In this document: piece after piece, positions 47,987-56,126 of the stretch
Layout of the letters: each line of letters starts with the position of its first letter
Numbering within the stretch: the stretch's first letter is position 1
Virus record (IMG/VR): IMGVR_UViG_3300022745_000628
Span: 96,001 to 160,000 of that record
Strand: one strand, 5' to 3'
DNA: 64,000 nucleotides
Origin: a virus
The notes under the pieces: generated by a model
What the model saw: the letters and a program-made list of their open reading frames with translations, nothing else
What the model was told of the DNA's origin: nothing
The model's database searches: none
Translations under genes and position numbers: made by a program

Positions 47987-49142
47987 CGCTTAAATACGCG
48001 GCGGCTAATTCTTCTCGAGAGCCTGGGCTAAATACGCTAAAGGCTTTCTTTATCTGACCTTCCGTCCGGATGTTATGCGCGTTCATCATATTTTTAAACG
48101 CCATAGCATCCGGACGTGGAAGTGTCGGCGCTAGCTCAGCTAGCTTTTCCACGTCCACGTCATCCCCAATTATATTTGTGACTTCGTCTGCAAACGAATT
48201 TCCCATCCAAGTCGAAATGTCAGAAGGCGTAAGCGCTGCAAACGCTTCTTTATTGAAAATGTCGCCGGTGACAAGTTCCACCGCTTTGCTGCGAATATCT
48301 GCGGCTTGTTTGTAAGTGATGGCAAACATGACGTCTTCCGGAGCTTCAAGCTCTGCGCCGTACATATTTGTGAACGAATTATGCTTATCCATCGTGTCTA
48401 GCAGCTCGGCTAACTTCATGCGTGCTCCGACGTCTCGAGCGTCAATACTGGACGATACAACCGCGTCGGCTACCGCACACGCTTGTTTAGCCAACTCTGG
48501 CGCCTTGTGCTTCAAAAGAAGCGCGCGGTTACGCAGTGCGTCTGCAATTGTGTCTGCTGCGGTATACCCGTATCCGGCGCATTTCGCTAAGTGCTCGCTA
48601 TTCGGCAATTCAGTTGGATAAACCTGCGCCTGGTCGAGAATTCGCTTGGCCATGGCAGATTTAACTGCAAAATCTAATTGTTTGTGATATTTGGCGAATA
48701 CTTCAGCCGCGGCTGCTACTTCCCTAGAGTTGCGCATTGGGTAGGCCTTCTTAGTTCGGCCGTCCTCAGTGTATTCCAGTGCGTGGCAAACCGTGACAGT
48801 TGGCGCGTTCGCAGCTTCTTTGGACTGAAACATATTTTCTACGATATCGCCGATAGTCCAGTTATGCGCCGCGCGCTTAACGTTATTCTTGATATGTTCC
48901 AGCGTCGCATTTGGTTTATCCTGCATGTTATACGTAACAAACGCAGCTGATAGCCATGTGGCGGCTTTAGTGTGAATCGGAAAAGTGTTGTTAGGCCCAG
49001 CATAGGCCGAATCGGAGAGATACGTTGGTTCCCCGCACTTGCTCTCGTGCGAAGCGTTTTTCACAAAGTCAGGAGCTTTGTATAAACGTGCTAATTCCCA
49101 CTGGATCGCCCCACTTGTATCCCTAGATTGGTCAATTAACAT
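47976..49142 (-). CDS. hypothetical protein (Ala-rich, helical)
   Basis: Long open frame on the - strand; probable start ATG at 49142 (MLIDQSRD...); the ORF track extends it to GTG 49181. Contains FPIHTKAATWLSAAF. Confidence 0.8.
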   Translation of the reverse strand: MLIDQSRDTSGAIQWELARLYKAPDFVKNASHESKCGEPTYLSDSAYAGPNNTFPIHTKAATWLSAAFVTYNMQDKPNATLEHIKNNVKRAAHNWTIGDIVENMFQSKEAANAPTVTVCHALEYTEDGRTKKAYPMRNSREVAAAAEVFAKYHKQLDFAVKSAMAKRILDQAQVYPTELPNSEHLAKCAGYGYTAADTIADALRNRALLLKHKAPELAKQACAVADAVVSSSIDARDVGARMKLAELLDTMDKHNSFTNMYGAELEAPEDVMFAITYKQAADIRSKAVELVTGDIFNKEAFAALTPSDISTWMGNSFADEVTNIIGDDVDVEKLAELAPTLPRPDAMAFKNMMNAHNIRTEGQIKKAFSVFSPGSREELAAAYLSAKR

Positions 49143-50217
49143 GTCAGAAGCATTCCCGTTTCTTAATACGAACACAAACACAATTATCCTGCAAAATTGC
49201 GGACAAGGTCACTTACAAAAGTCCAGCTTACACAAAAACCGATTCGAACAAATTGATTGTTGTAGTTGCCTTGCTAAAGCGAAAACGATGATTTTCCCTA
49301 AGATGGGGCAAATACCTACTTGGTTTTATTGTACCGTATGCGGTTTTGGTGGGGATATTCTAGATTATTTTAGCACCTACCATAGAATTCCCCCGGAAAA
49401 ACAAGAAGCGGTATTCAAAAGCCGATTTAGCTGGTATCAGCCAGAAGATAAGTACTTTAAACGGTACATGCTGCGCAAAAAAGTACGGCTACATTGTGAA
49501 AAATTGTGGAAATCGCTTCAGGTAGAAGCTGTCAAAATAAATCACAAAAAGAAGGGGCGTATTCCGCATCCTAGTTGTGTGCGCGTTACGAGCTCTAAAT
49601 GGGTCAATATACTTAACCGATTCGAGTGGCCGTCTGAATTTATAAGCGACGAATCTATTCGCGGCGGATACGTGAAAGAACACGTGTTATACCGCGCTAA
49701 CCGTAAAAATATCAAAACGCAGGTTATTATGCGGGCGTCCAATCGCCCGGGCGAGCTCTCTGGCTTTATTTTTATCGATATGGACGACACGCAATCTTGG
49801 ATGCTGCGGCCAATCACCCGTTTTCAATACGGCGGGATTGGAATGTTAGACCAATTATTTGAAGAAAAGAGTCCTGGCCAAATCGCTACGCAAGTAATCT
49901 CATTCAACCCGATTCGCAGTTATTACCTGAGCTCTAAATTCCTGCAAGAATTCGGGTATTTACCGGCTGTCGGTGCATTTCCCATGCGGGCTGCGCACAA
50001 TCGAGCCATGATAAAGAAAAATACATTCACTAGTACGCTGAAACGCATGGATTTGCCAATCCTGTGGGAGCCTAACGATCCGCTCGCGCTAAGCTTTGCT
50101 CGAAAATATCGAGTAGCTTATTCAGATTACGACCCTGAATTTGCGATAGATCCTAGAGTTATTCCGTCCGCCAATCGATTAATGCGGTCTATCGAGAATA
50201 ACTGGCTATTGGTTTAG
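49141..50217 (+). CDS. zinc-finger protein (CHC2/primase Zn-ribbon-like N-terminus)
   Basis: CCSC...WFYCTVCGFGGDILDYF resembles the DnaG Zn-binding motif (F.CFGCG.GGD..DF). No TOPRIM motif recognised. Start uncertain. Confidence 0.6.
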   Translation: MSEAFPFLNTNTNTIILQNCGQGHLQKSSLHKNRFEQIDCCSCLAKAKTMIFPKMGQIPTWFYCTVCGFGGDILDYFSTYHRIPPEKQEAVFKSRFSWYQPEDKYFKRYMLRKKVRLHCEKLWKSLQVEAVKINHKKKGRIPHPSCVRVTSSKWVNILNRFEWPSEFISDESIRGGYVKEHVLYRANRKNIKTQVIMRASNRPGELSGFIFIDMDDTQSWMLRPITRFQYGGIGMLDQLFEEKSPGQIATQVISFNPIRSYYLSSKFLQEFGYLPAVGAFPMRAAHNRAMIKKNTFTSTLKRMDLPILWEPNDPLALSFARKYRVAYSDYDPEFAIDPRVIPSANRLMRSIENNWLLV

Positions 50218-50258
50218 TTCCAATAGCTTGTTTTTGCCAGTTGAGGCGGTTAGACAAT

Positions 50259-52142
50259 TTAAGTCGACGCTGCTTGCAGCTCATCCGTCCAAACAGTGTC
50301 GTAATCGCCCATTTCTTCGTATTGAATGTCGTTTAAACGCATATGCTGGATAGCGTCTGAAAAATCAGGCCATGCGCGGTTCATGTGCCAGAGCGCGGCA
50401 CATCCGATATTGACAGCTTGCGCAAAGTCGTCCGTAAGCATCGGGTTGCGCGTAATCGTGTAAATGTCGCTACCGCTTCGCGACTCGAGCTTGTTTTCAA
50501 TAAGCGCCAAGAAATCGCGAATTAAGCCGGCATTTTCAGTGTTTACATAGTCATATTTGAAAAATTTGACTTTTTTGTACCTAATCGCGTTACACAGATT
50601 CAATAAAGACCGTGTTTTATCCAAGCGATATCGATCGCGAGCGTGTACTGTGCTGGCTGGTACGTGGCGGATAATGTTGCCTGCCGCCGATCCCACATAT
50701 TCAATAGGAATAATGTGCTGCAGCTTTAAACCAGTACTTACCATGACCGTTTCACGGATAGTTCCAGCCCCAGTGTAATCGTGCGCAATATGCGAACAAT
50801 TAAACGCCTGGTACCAGTGCTGCAACTCTTTAGCTTCTAACACGTGATTTTGCGATTGCACCATCCGCTTTGCCCAGATCACGTGTATTTCGCCGGAAGG
50901 TAAATAGCCTAGCACGGCGATAACTGTAAACGACGTTTGAGACTCTCCGCCTCCGCCCCAATCCACAGCCATAATTTTCATATGGTAATCGCGCAGGTTA
51001 TTTACCATTTTCAAATCCGGCCTTCGCGAGTTATCGAACGGAAGTATGGCCGCACTTCTCAATTCTGTCTCGGTAACTAGCTTTTGTCCGGCGTCGATAG
51101 ACTCGCCTAACACTTCGTTGCAGAATTTTGCGCGCGTCATGTTCCCAGCGCCATTACGCTTAGCCAGCAACAAACTCCATTTGTCCGGATTAGCGTAGTG
51201 CAGCGGCAAGATAACTTGCGGTATGTGGTACCCTGCAAACTCCCAGCGTCGCTCGGGAAAGCGGTGGACCCATCTACCAGTACGAGAGTACAGAAAGTAC
51301 TTGCAACGCGCGCAGCGCAAGCCAGGGCGCTCTTCTGAGATAAATTCGGAGTATTCTCCAAACATGTTATCTAAATCAAATTCAAGCGACGGAATGTTCC
51401 ATTTGTGGCAGCGCGTACATTTGATGACCCATTCGGCTTGAGAACTGTCTCGCCATTTAGCTTCGATAGGATTATCGAGTGTCTTGGGTGTACCGCCGTA
51501 TCCAACCGTTGGAATCGGATCTTGAGCTGCCGACATTGTTTCCATGATGATCGGAAGCAGGTCGATATCAAGATCCTGCAGCTCGTCCAGCAAACAGCGG
51601 TATACGGATAGCCCGCGGATACGATCCGCGTTATTAGATGCGAAACTAAAGAACATCGTAGAGCCGTTGCGAAAGCTACGCTGCAACACGGAGTTCTCTG
51701 TGGATGTGTTGTACCATATCGCTTTAACCGGCGAATTATCGATCAGTGGTCGCACGTAATTGCTAGAAAATCGCCGTATTTGCTCATAAAGCGGCGTAAC
51801 GTGAAGCGTTTTGTAATGAGGTATTGCCGCGGACATCATAACACTGGTAGCCGCCATAGACTGTGATTTAGACAACTGGCGCCCAGCTTTGAGTAACCAA
51901 CTTTTTGGTTGCGCCAGTCGAAAGATAGGCGTGAACGGAAAGTAGTTTTTAAGGCTGTACGGCTTCCCGTTGAGGCTCAAGCACAGTGGCAACAAAACTT
52001 CAAAACTAGGGAGCGCCTTTAATGTGGCGAGCTCCTGAATTTGTTGAAGTCTATCTGTCAATCGCTGACTCTTGGCCGAGTCAGGTTTAGCCCATTCGGA
52101 AACAATGCTATTGATGCGTGATTCTCTTGTAGCAATTTGCAT
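50259..52142 (-). CDS. terL: terminase large subunit (GpA-like)
   Basis: KPYSL..YFPF; Walker A-like KAGRQLSKS; Walker B RGLSVYRCLLDELQD; GYGGTPKT; C-x2-C Zn motifs; nuclease-domain MAVDWGGGG; terminal DDFAQAVN. Confidence 0.9.
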   Translation of the reverse strand: MQIATRESRINSIVSEWAKPDSAKSQRLTDRLQQIQELATLKALPSFEVLLPLCLSLNGKPYSLKNYFPFTPIFRLAQPKSWLLKAGRQLSKSQSMAATSVMMSAAIPHYKTLHVTPLYEQIRRFSSNYVRPLIDNSPVKAIWYNTSTENSVLQRSFRNGSTMFFSFASNNADRIRGLSVYRCLLDELQDLDIDLLPIIMETMSAAQDPIPTVGYGGTPKTLDNPIEAKWRDSSQAEWVIKCTRCHKWNIPSLEFDLDNMFGEYSEFISEERPGLRCARCKYFLYSRTGRWVHRFPERRWEFAGYHIPQVILPLHYANPDKWSLLLAKRNGAGNMTRAKFCNEVLGESIDAGQKLVTETELRSAAILPFDNSRRPDLKMVNNLRDYHMKIMAVDWGGGGESQTSFTVIAVLGYLPSGEIHVIWAKRMVQSQNHVLEAKELQHWYQAFNCSHIAHDYTGAGTIRETVMVSTGLKLQHIIPIEYVGSAAGNIIRHVPASTVHARDRYRLDKTRSLLNLCNAIRYKKVKFFKYDYVNTENAGLIRDFLALIENKLESRSGSDIYTITRNPMLTDDFAQAVNIGCAALWHMNRAWPDFSDAIQHMRLNDIQYEEMGDYDTVWTDELQAAST

Positions 52143-52537
52143 TTTCAGACTTTTTGCATGTTAAAGCAGCTATTTCCAATGTTTTTCACAATTTTTGATT
52201 ATACGCAGTATGCAGTAACGCAATTTGCGAAGTTTTACACGATTTATACAGCGTATCGACTTGTTTGCCTCACTACGAGGTGAAGAAATGGCGTGGTAAA
52301 ATACAACTATCATGCGCATTTCTCGATCACCAAAGCTGTATCAACAACGTAAGCTCCCGATGGATCGGGAGACTCTGCAGCGCACCGGTCCTAGGTTCGC
52401 TCCAGAGTTGAGTCGTGTTCACAAATTACCCATTGAACCTCCGTACCCGTCACCGGATGCGATACGTGAACTGTCGTCCACACAGCCGGATGCTGGTGGT
52501 ACCGTAGTGATTACGGATGTTTAGTCAGCACATTTGA

Positions 52538-52723
52538 ATGATCCAACCTAATCGAAAAAAGTATTGTCGCGATAACATAAATCCAGATGCGGCAATTTTG
52601 CAGTGGCGTGTAGTTGCAACAGGCGCTCTTAGCGGAATGCTGTTGTCGCTTGTTACGCAATCCATATGGCCGCTGGCTATAGCCGTCGGCACTTACTTGC
52701 TGATGCAGCAACTAACTACTTAA
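52538..52723 (+). CDS. small membrane protein
   Basis: 61 aa with two short hydrophobic segments (VVATGALSGMLLSLV; IWPLAIAVGTYLLM); followed by a terminator. Confidence 0.5.
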   Translation: MIQPNRKKYCRDNINPDAAILQWRVVATGALSGMLLSLVTQSIWPLAIAVGTYLLMQQLTT

Positions 52724-52749
52724 AAAGTAACCTAACTACTGATTCCATC

Positions 52750-52786
52750 AAGCAAGGCGGTGCAAAAGTACCGCCTTGCTTCTTTT
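52750..52786 (+). terminator. intrinsic terminator-like hairpin
   Basis: AAGCAAGGCGGT-gc-aaaa-gt-ACCGCCTTGCTT-CTTTT: perfect 12-bp stem plus a short T-run. Confidence 0.75.
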
Positions 52787-52797
52787 GAGGACCAAAT

Positions 52798-53238
52798 ATG
52801 CCGTTTGAGCTTGTATTGTTGTACGCACTATATGCCTTAGCCGTTAAGGCAATAGTCCACATCTGGTTATACTCCTCGCTGTTCGAGCCTTTGCAAACAG
52901 CCATGTCAGCGGTATTAGACGCTAGATATGCCGATGCAAAGGAAAGTGCGATTGCAGCTACGCCTAGCGAAGATACTGCGCCGGCTACTGCGTATATCCA
53001 AAATACGGTGACCTGGCCAAATTACATTGCTGGGCGCTTGCACACTTGGATGCTAGAGTTACTCACGTGCCAGCTTTGTTTGTCCGTGCACGTGGCATTC
53101 TGGTATGGCTTGTTAATTATCGTTCCTACCTTAACGTGCTGGTTTAACGGGTCTTGGCTGTTATGGCTGTTCTTGACCCCGACAACCGTATTTTCAATCG
53201 TGACGCTGGTTAATTCACCGAGAATATGGATCACATGA
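52798..53238 (+). CDS. DUF1360-like membrane protein
   Basis: N-terminal TM segment, then ELLTCQLCLSVHVAFW (C-x2-C-x-S-V pattern) and two further TM segments; GAGGA SD. Confidence 0.65.
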   Translation: MPFELVLLYALYALAVKAIVHIWLYSSLFEPLQTAMSAVLDARYADAKESAIAATPSEDTAPATAYIQNTVTWPNYIAGRLHTWMLELLTCQLCLSVHVAFWYGLLIIVPTLTCWFNGSWLLWLFLTPTTVFSIVTLVNSPRIWIT

Positions 53239-53780
53239 AAATTAAAATTCCAAGTGAGGAGCGAATTAGAAATATCGACGTAAATAGCGTGCTGCGCGAG
53301 CTCAACATTGAAAATTGGGATGTGTTGATAATCGGCGATGGTTCTGGAAGTACTTGGCAAAACTACTGCGGTTGGGCAGCGTTAATTATCGATCGAGAAA
53401 CACAAGGAAGGCGCTTAATTGGCGGAAACGCCAATATGGGCAGCATCACTTTTGCGGAAGCAATGCCGTACGTGCAAGCCTTGTCTTGGTTCGATCACAC
53501 CTACGGCTCACGCCGTCTAAAATCCGTGGACAAACTCTCGGTACACATCGTTACCGATTCAACTGCAATCGCTACGATCGGCAGTCAGATCTCAAGTAAA
53601 TCCAAGGATAGTCTGCGAAAACACGCGTACTTAGCTGCTTTTTGTCAACAAATGGCTAAATTCCGTTATGACATTCAATGGCATTGGCTACGCAGGGAAA
53701 TTGCGGATGGAAATCGACTTGTCGATGGTGTTTCTAAAGCGTTGAGGTTGTTTGGAGCAGGCGCGTTGGAATCTCAATGA
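53226..53780 (+). CDS. ribonuclease HI-like protein
   Basis: Catalytic pattern IIGDGSG (Asp), GWAALII, FAEAMP (Glu), VHIVTDS (Asp), QWHWLRR....NRLVD (Asp). Confidence 0.85.
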   Translation: MDHMKIKIPSEERIRNIDVNSVLRELNIENWDVLIIGDGSGSTWQNYCGWAALIIDRETQGRRLIGGNANMGSITFAEAMPYVQALSWFDHTYGSRRLKSVDKLSVHIVTDSTAIATIGSQISSKSKDSLRKHAYLAAFCQQMAKFRYDIQWHWLRREIADGNRLVDGVSKALRLFGAGALESQ

Positions 53781-53811
53781 GATCGATCTGAGTGTTTGAT
53801 ATTAAAGTTTG

Positions 53812-53870
53812 TAAATGTTAAATGTAATGTGAATGTTAGATAATTTAAAATGTTAGATAAATGTAAATGT
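53812..53870. repeat. AT-rich tract with seven AATGT copies (DUE/iteron-like)
   Basis: TAAATGTTAAATGTAATGTGAATGTTAGATAATTTAAAATGTTAGATAAATGTAAATGT; TGTTAGATAA occurs twice. Confidence 0.85.
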
Positions 53871-54026
53871 GTGCGATGATGTAAGTAAACGCGTGGAATG
53901 ATAATGCCAAGTTGGCGCGGGTTGTTTTGATTTGGTTTAGGAAAGCCCTTGAGGGTTGAAGACATGATAGCAAGGAATTTGAATTGGCAACGTACTATTT
54001 TTCAAAATTGCCAAAATAGTTTGCTC

Positions 54027-54160
54027 AACCACAGAAGTAAGACCACTAGGGCTGGTGGAGCCGCCCATAGGCGAGACCACCCGAACCTGACGCTAGGAAG
54101 GTTGTGGTTTTACTTTCTGTGTGTTCTAGCGAACCCACTATGAAATAGGGGGTTTGCTAG
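54027..54160 (+). ncRNA. candidate structured RNA (or ssDNA) element: three-way junction plus hairpin
   Basis: P1 54031-54046/54104-54120; P2 GGTGG/CCACC with inner CGCC-cata-GGCG; P3 AACCT/AGGTT; then hairpin 54126-54160. The non-canonical pairs are G-U on the + strand. Confidence 0.45.
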
Positions 54161-54345
54161 TAGACCGTCCAGAGTCCTCGTTTTGCCTTTTAAAATCGAC
54201 GTACGTCCGGGCTAGAGTCCTCGTTTTTGGTCATGTGTCCTCGTTTTTTACGATTTTCGCCAAAAAACGAGGACTCTGGACGGTCTATAGAAGGGTCGCG
54301 AGGACTCTAGCCCGGACGTAGAATCAAAAACGAGGACACATGACC
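54161..54345. repeat. three perfect inverted repeat pairs in crossed order A-B-C-A'-B'-C' sharing the core GTCCTCG(TTTT)
   Basis: A 54161-54184 / A' 54264-54287 (24 bp); B 54202-54223 / B' 54299-54320 (22 bp); C 54229-54248 / C' 54326-54345 (20 bp). Each pair was checked base by base. Confidence 0.95.
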
Positions 54346-54705
54346 GAGATTGACAGTTAATAAACTAATGTTAACGATTTAAAATTAGTATTTGTGATTG
54401 AAGCTACCACGGTAAAATTTACCGATGCCGCGTTGTCCGACCGTTTTTGTCGCGCACACCCAGGACGTATTTTTGACTTCCAGGCTTCCTTAATTTGACC
54501 TAGGGCGAGTCGAAAATTTTTCAAAAAAAAACTTGCTGCTTAGCCAATATCAGGCTAGTCTGCGGTGGTTTAAGTGCTTTCGCACACTCCGGTTCGCAAA
54601 ATTCGGCAGCGCGCTGGCATCAAAATCCAACGTAAAGCGTATGTACTTAAATTGTGTTATGTAATAACTTTTGTTAGATGCGTTTGTAAGAAAGAAGTGT
54701 GATAT

Positions 54706-55089
54706 ATGGGCACGATGCATTACAGTAATCGCACTATGCGCGGTGTGATTCGGGAATCGTTAGAAGATACGCATAGAGGAAGATTACGCGCGGTGCGTTG
54801 CGTAGAGGCTTGTTGGCGTGGAAATAAATTTAGTGGGATCTTGTGGTCTCGCTGGCAGAATCCAAGTTTTCCAGTAGAGAGCCTTATCATGGCTGACAGG
54901 ATTACGTGTAAAGGTAATGCTATCTGGCATTCCACGTACACGGAGCAGGATGGTCCGTACGCGTACAGTTGTCCGCTAAAGTATTTAGAGGCGCCTACTG
55001 TTTACATGAATCCTTCTTGGCGTGACAGTGTTATCGAATACCACGCTAGAAGGGCGGCTAAGCGTAATGGCAGCTTCGCGACCAAATAA
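54706..55089 (+). CDS. DUF6927-like hypothetical protein
   Basis: 127 aa; TEQDGPYAYSCPLKYLE....NPSWRDSV pattern (E..GP....CP..YL...WR). Confidence 0.55.
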   Translation: MGTMHYSNRTMRGVIRESLEDTHRGRLRAVRCVEACWRGNKFSGILWSRWQNPSFPVESLIMADRITCKGNAIWHSTYTEQDGPYAYSCPLKYLEAPTVYMNPSWRDSVIEYHARRAAKRNGSFATK

Positions 55090-56125
55090 ACGGAGGTTCT
55101 GGCGGCGAAAGCCTGCAGCAGCCCCCGCTCCGGAAACGGCTACACCTGCCGCGACACCAGCAGTAGTTCGTAAATTACTGGACGCGTCTGCGCCAGATAA
55201 TATCAAACGGCTTAAGTTTTTACTCAAACGCCGCTTGATTTTAAGATCGTTGTATCCAAAAGCTAGTATGCGCTACATCGTGTTGCGACAACAGCAAGAA
55301 ACGGTCGATACCTGGTTACGCGTCAAGTTGGACGAGTTACAGACGTTCGGGCGTGCCAGCCGATTTGCGCAGCCTTACATATCTACCGGGCTGGTTAATC
55401 GTATGTCCAATTGCTACAAATTGTACGGACATAAAAACGATTCCACCGGGTACAGAGCGTGTGGCAATCTGTTGCTTTGTCCGTATTGTTATGGGCGGGC
55501 TATGACTAATCGGGCACTAGATTGCTTAACTCGAGTGCATGCGCATCGTGGACAATTACACAACGCACGTTTGGTGGTTATGCGTCGCCGAAGTAAGTCG
55601 CTAATTCTGACGGACAATCACAATGTGTTGGCGCGTGACGCGATAGCTGAAAGCGCCAGGTTGTACAAAGAGCTGCAACTATTTAGACGAGGCTTGCATA
55701 AAAACGATACGGCTCGTGGCGTGTTAGGGTGTCTGGGCAAAGTCGCAATGGATCCGGTGTTTTCCAGACAAGCGCCGATTAATCCGGACGAACTGATCGT
55801 GGCGCCGCCAACACTTTACGAGATAAACACGCAGATTCCGGATATGCAGCAGGTTTATTACAACACTGTCGATATTCTCGTTGTGACCAAAGACGCCAAC
55901 CTTAAGTATTACGGGAATACCGGGTTTACAAAGGCTGTCGATAGGCCACTACAAGATGTCACGCAAGTTGAATTTACAATGGAGTTCGCAAAGATTTTTT
56001 GCTATCCTCGGTATTTATTTCACAACACGGCGTTAGCGCAGCACATGGTGTACTCCGCATACAGCCAGCATAAACATCGACATATTCATTTATCAGGTAT
56101 TTTCAAAAATTTGGACAGGAACTGA
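55067..56125 (+). CDS. protein resembling a degenerate rolling-circle Rep (Zn-finger plus HUH-like fold)
   Basis: RMSNC...RACGNLLLCPYCYGR resembles the Rep_1 N-terminal C..R.CP.C motif; canonical HUH and YxxK motifs are not evident. Likely start ATG 55067 (the track starts at GTG 55022). Confidence 0.45.
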   Translation: MAASRPNKRRFWRRKPAAAPAPETATPAATPAVVRKLLDASAPDNIKRLKFLLKRRLILRSLYPKASMRYIVLRQQQETVDTWLRVKLDELQTFGRASRFAQPYISTGLVNRMSNCYKLYGHKNDSTGYRACGNLLLCPYCYGRAMTNRALDCLTRVHAHRGQLHNARLVVMRRRSKSLILTDNHNVLARDAIAESARLYKELQLFRRGLHKNDTARGVLGCLGKVAMDPVFSRQAPINPDELIVAPPTLYEINTQIPDMQQVYYNTVDILVVTKDANLKYYGNTGFTKAVDRPLQDVTQVEFTMEFAKIFCYPRYLFHNTALAQHMVYSAYSQHKHRHIHLSGIFKNLDRN

Positions 56126-56126
56126 A

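Noticed and set aside
52275-52524. Strong SD (GAGGTG) before a 3-codon ORF (ATG GCG TGG TAA), and the 70-aa ORF 52312-52524
   Set aside because: No supporting structure or recognisable motif; cannot be told apart from chance in a divergent intergenic region.
53938-54046. RNase P RNA-like words (AGGAAAGCCC; CCACAGAAGTAAGACC)
   Set aside because: The downstream conserved regions (GGUAAACCCC, ACAGAA..CGGCUUA) are absent, and the second word is paired in a local stem.
54055-54105. Group II intron domain V or hammerhead ribozyme (GAGCCG; CTGACG)
   Set aside because: The rest of each consensus is missing, and no interrupted gene or maturase is nearby.
54161-54345. CRISPR mini-array interpretation of the GTCCTCGTTTT repeats
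   Set aside because: The shared core is only 7-11 bp, spacing is irregular, orientation flips midway, and no cas genes were recognised.
54350-54380. Perfect TTGACA -35 box right after repeat C'
   Set aside because: No acceptable -10 hexamer at 16-18 bp spacing.
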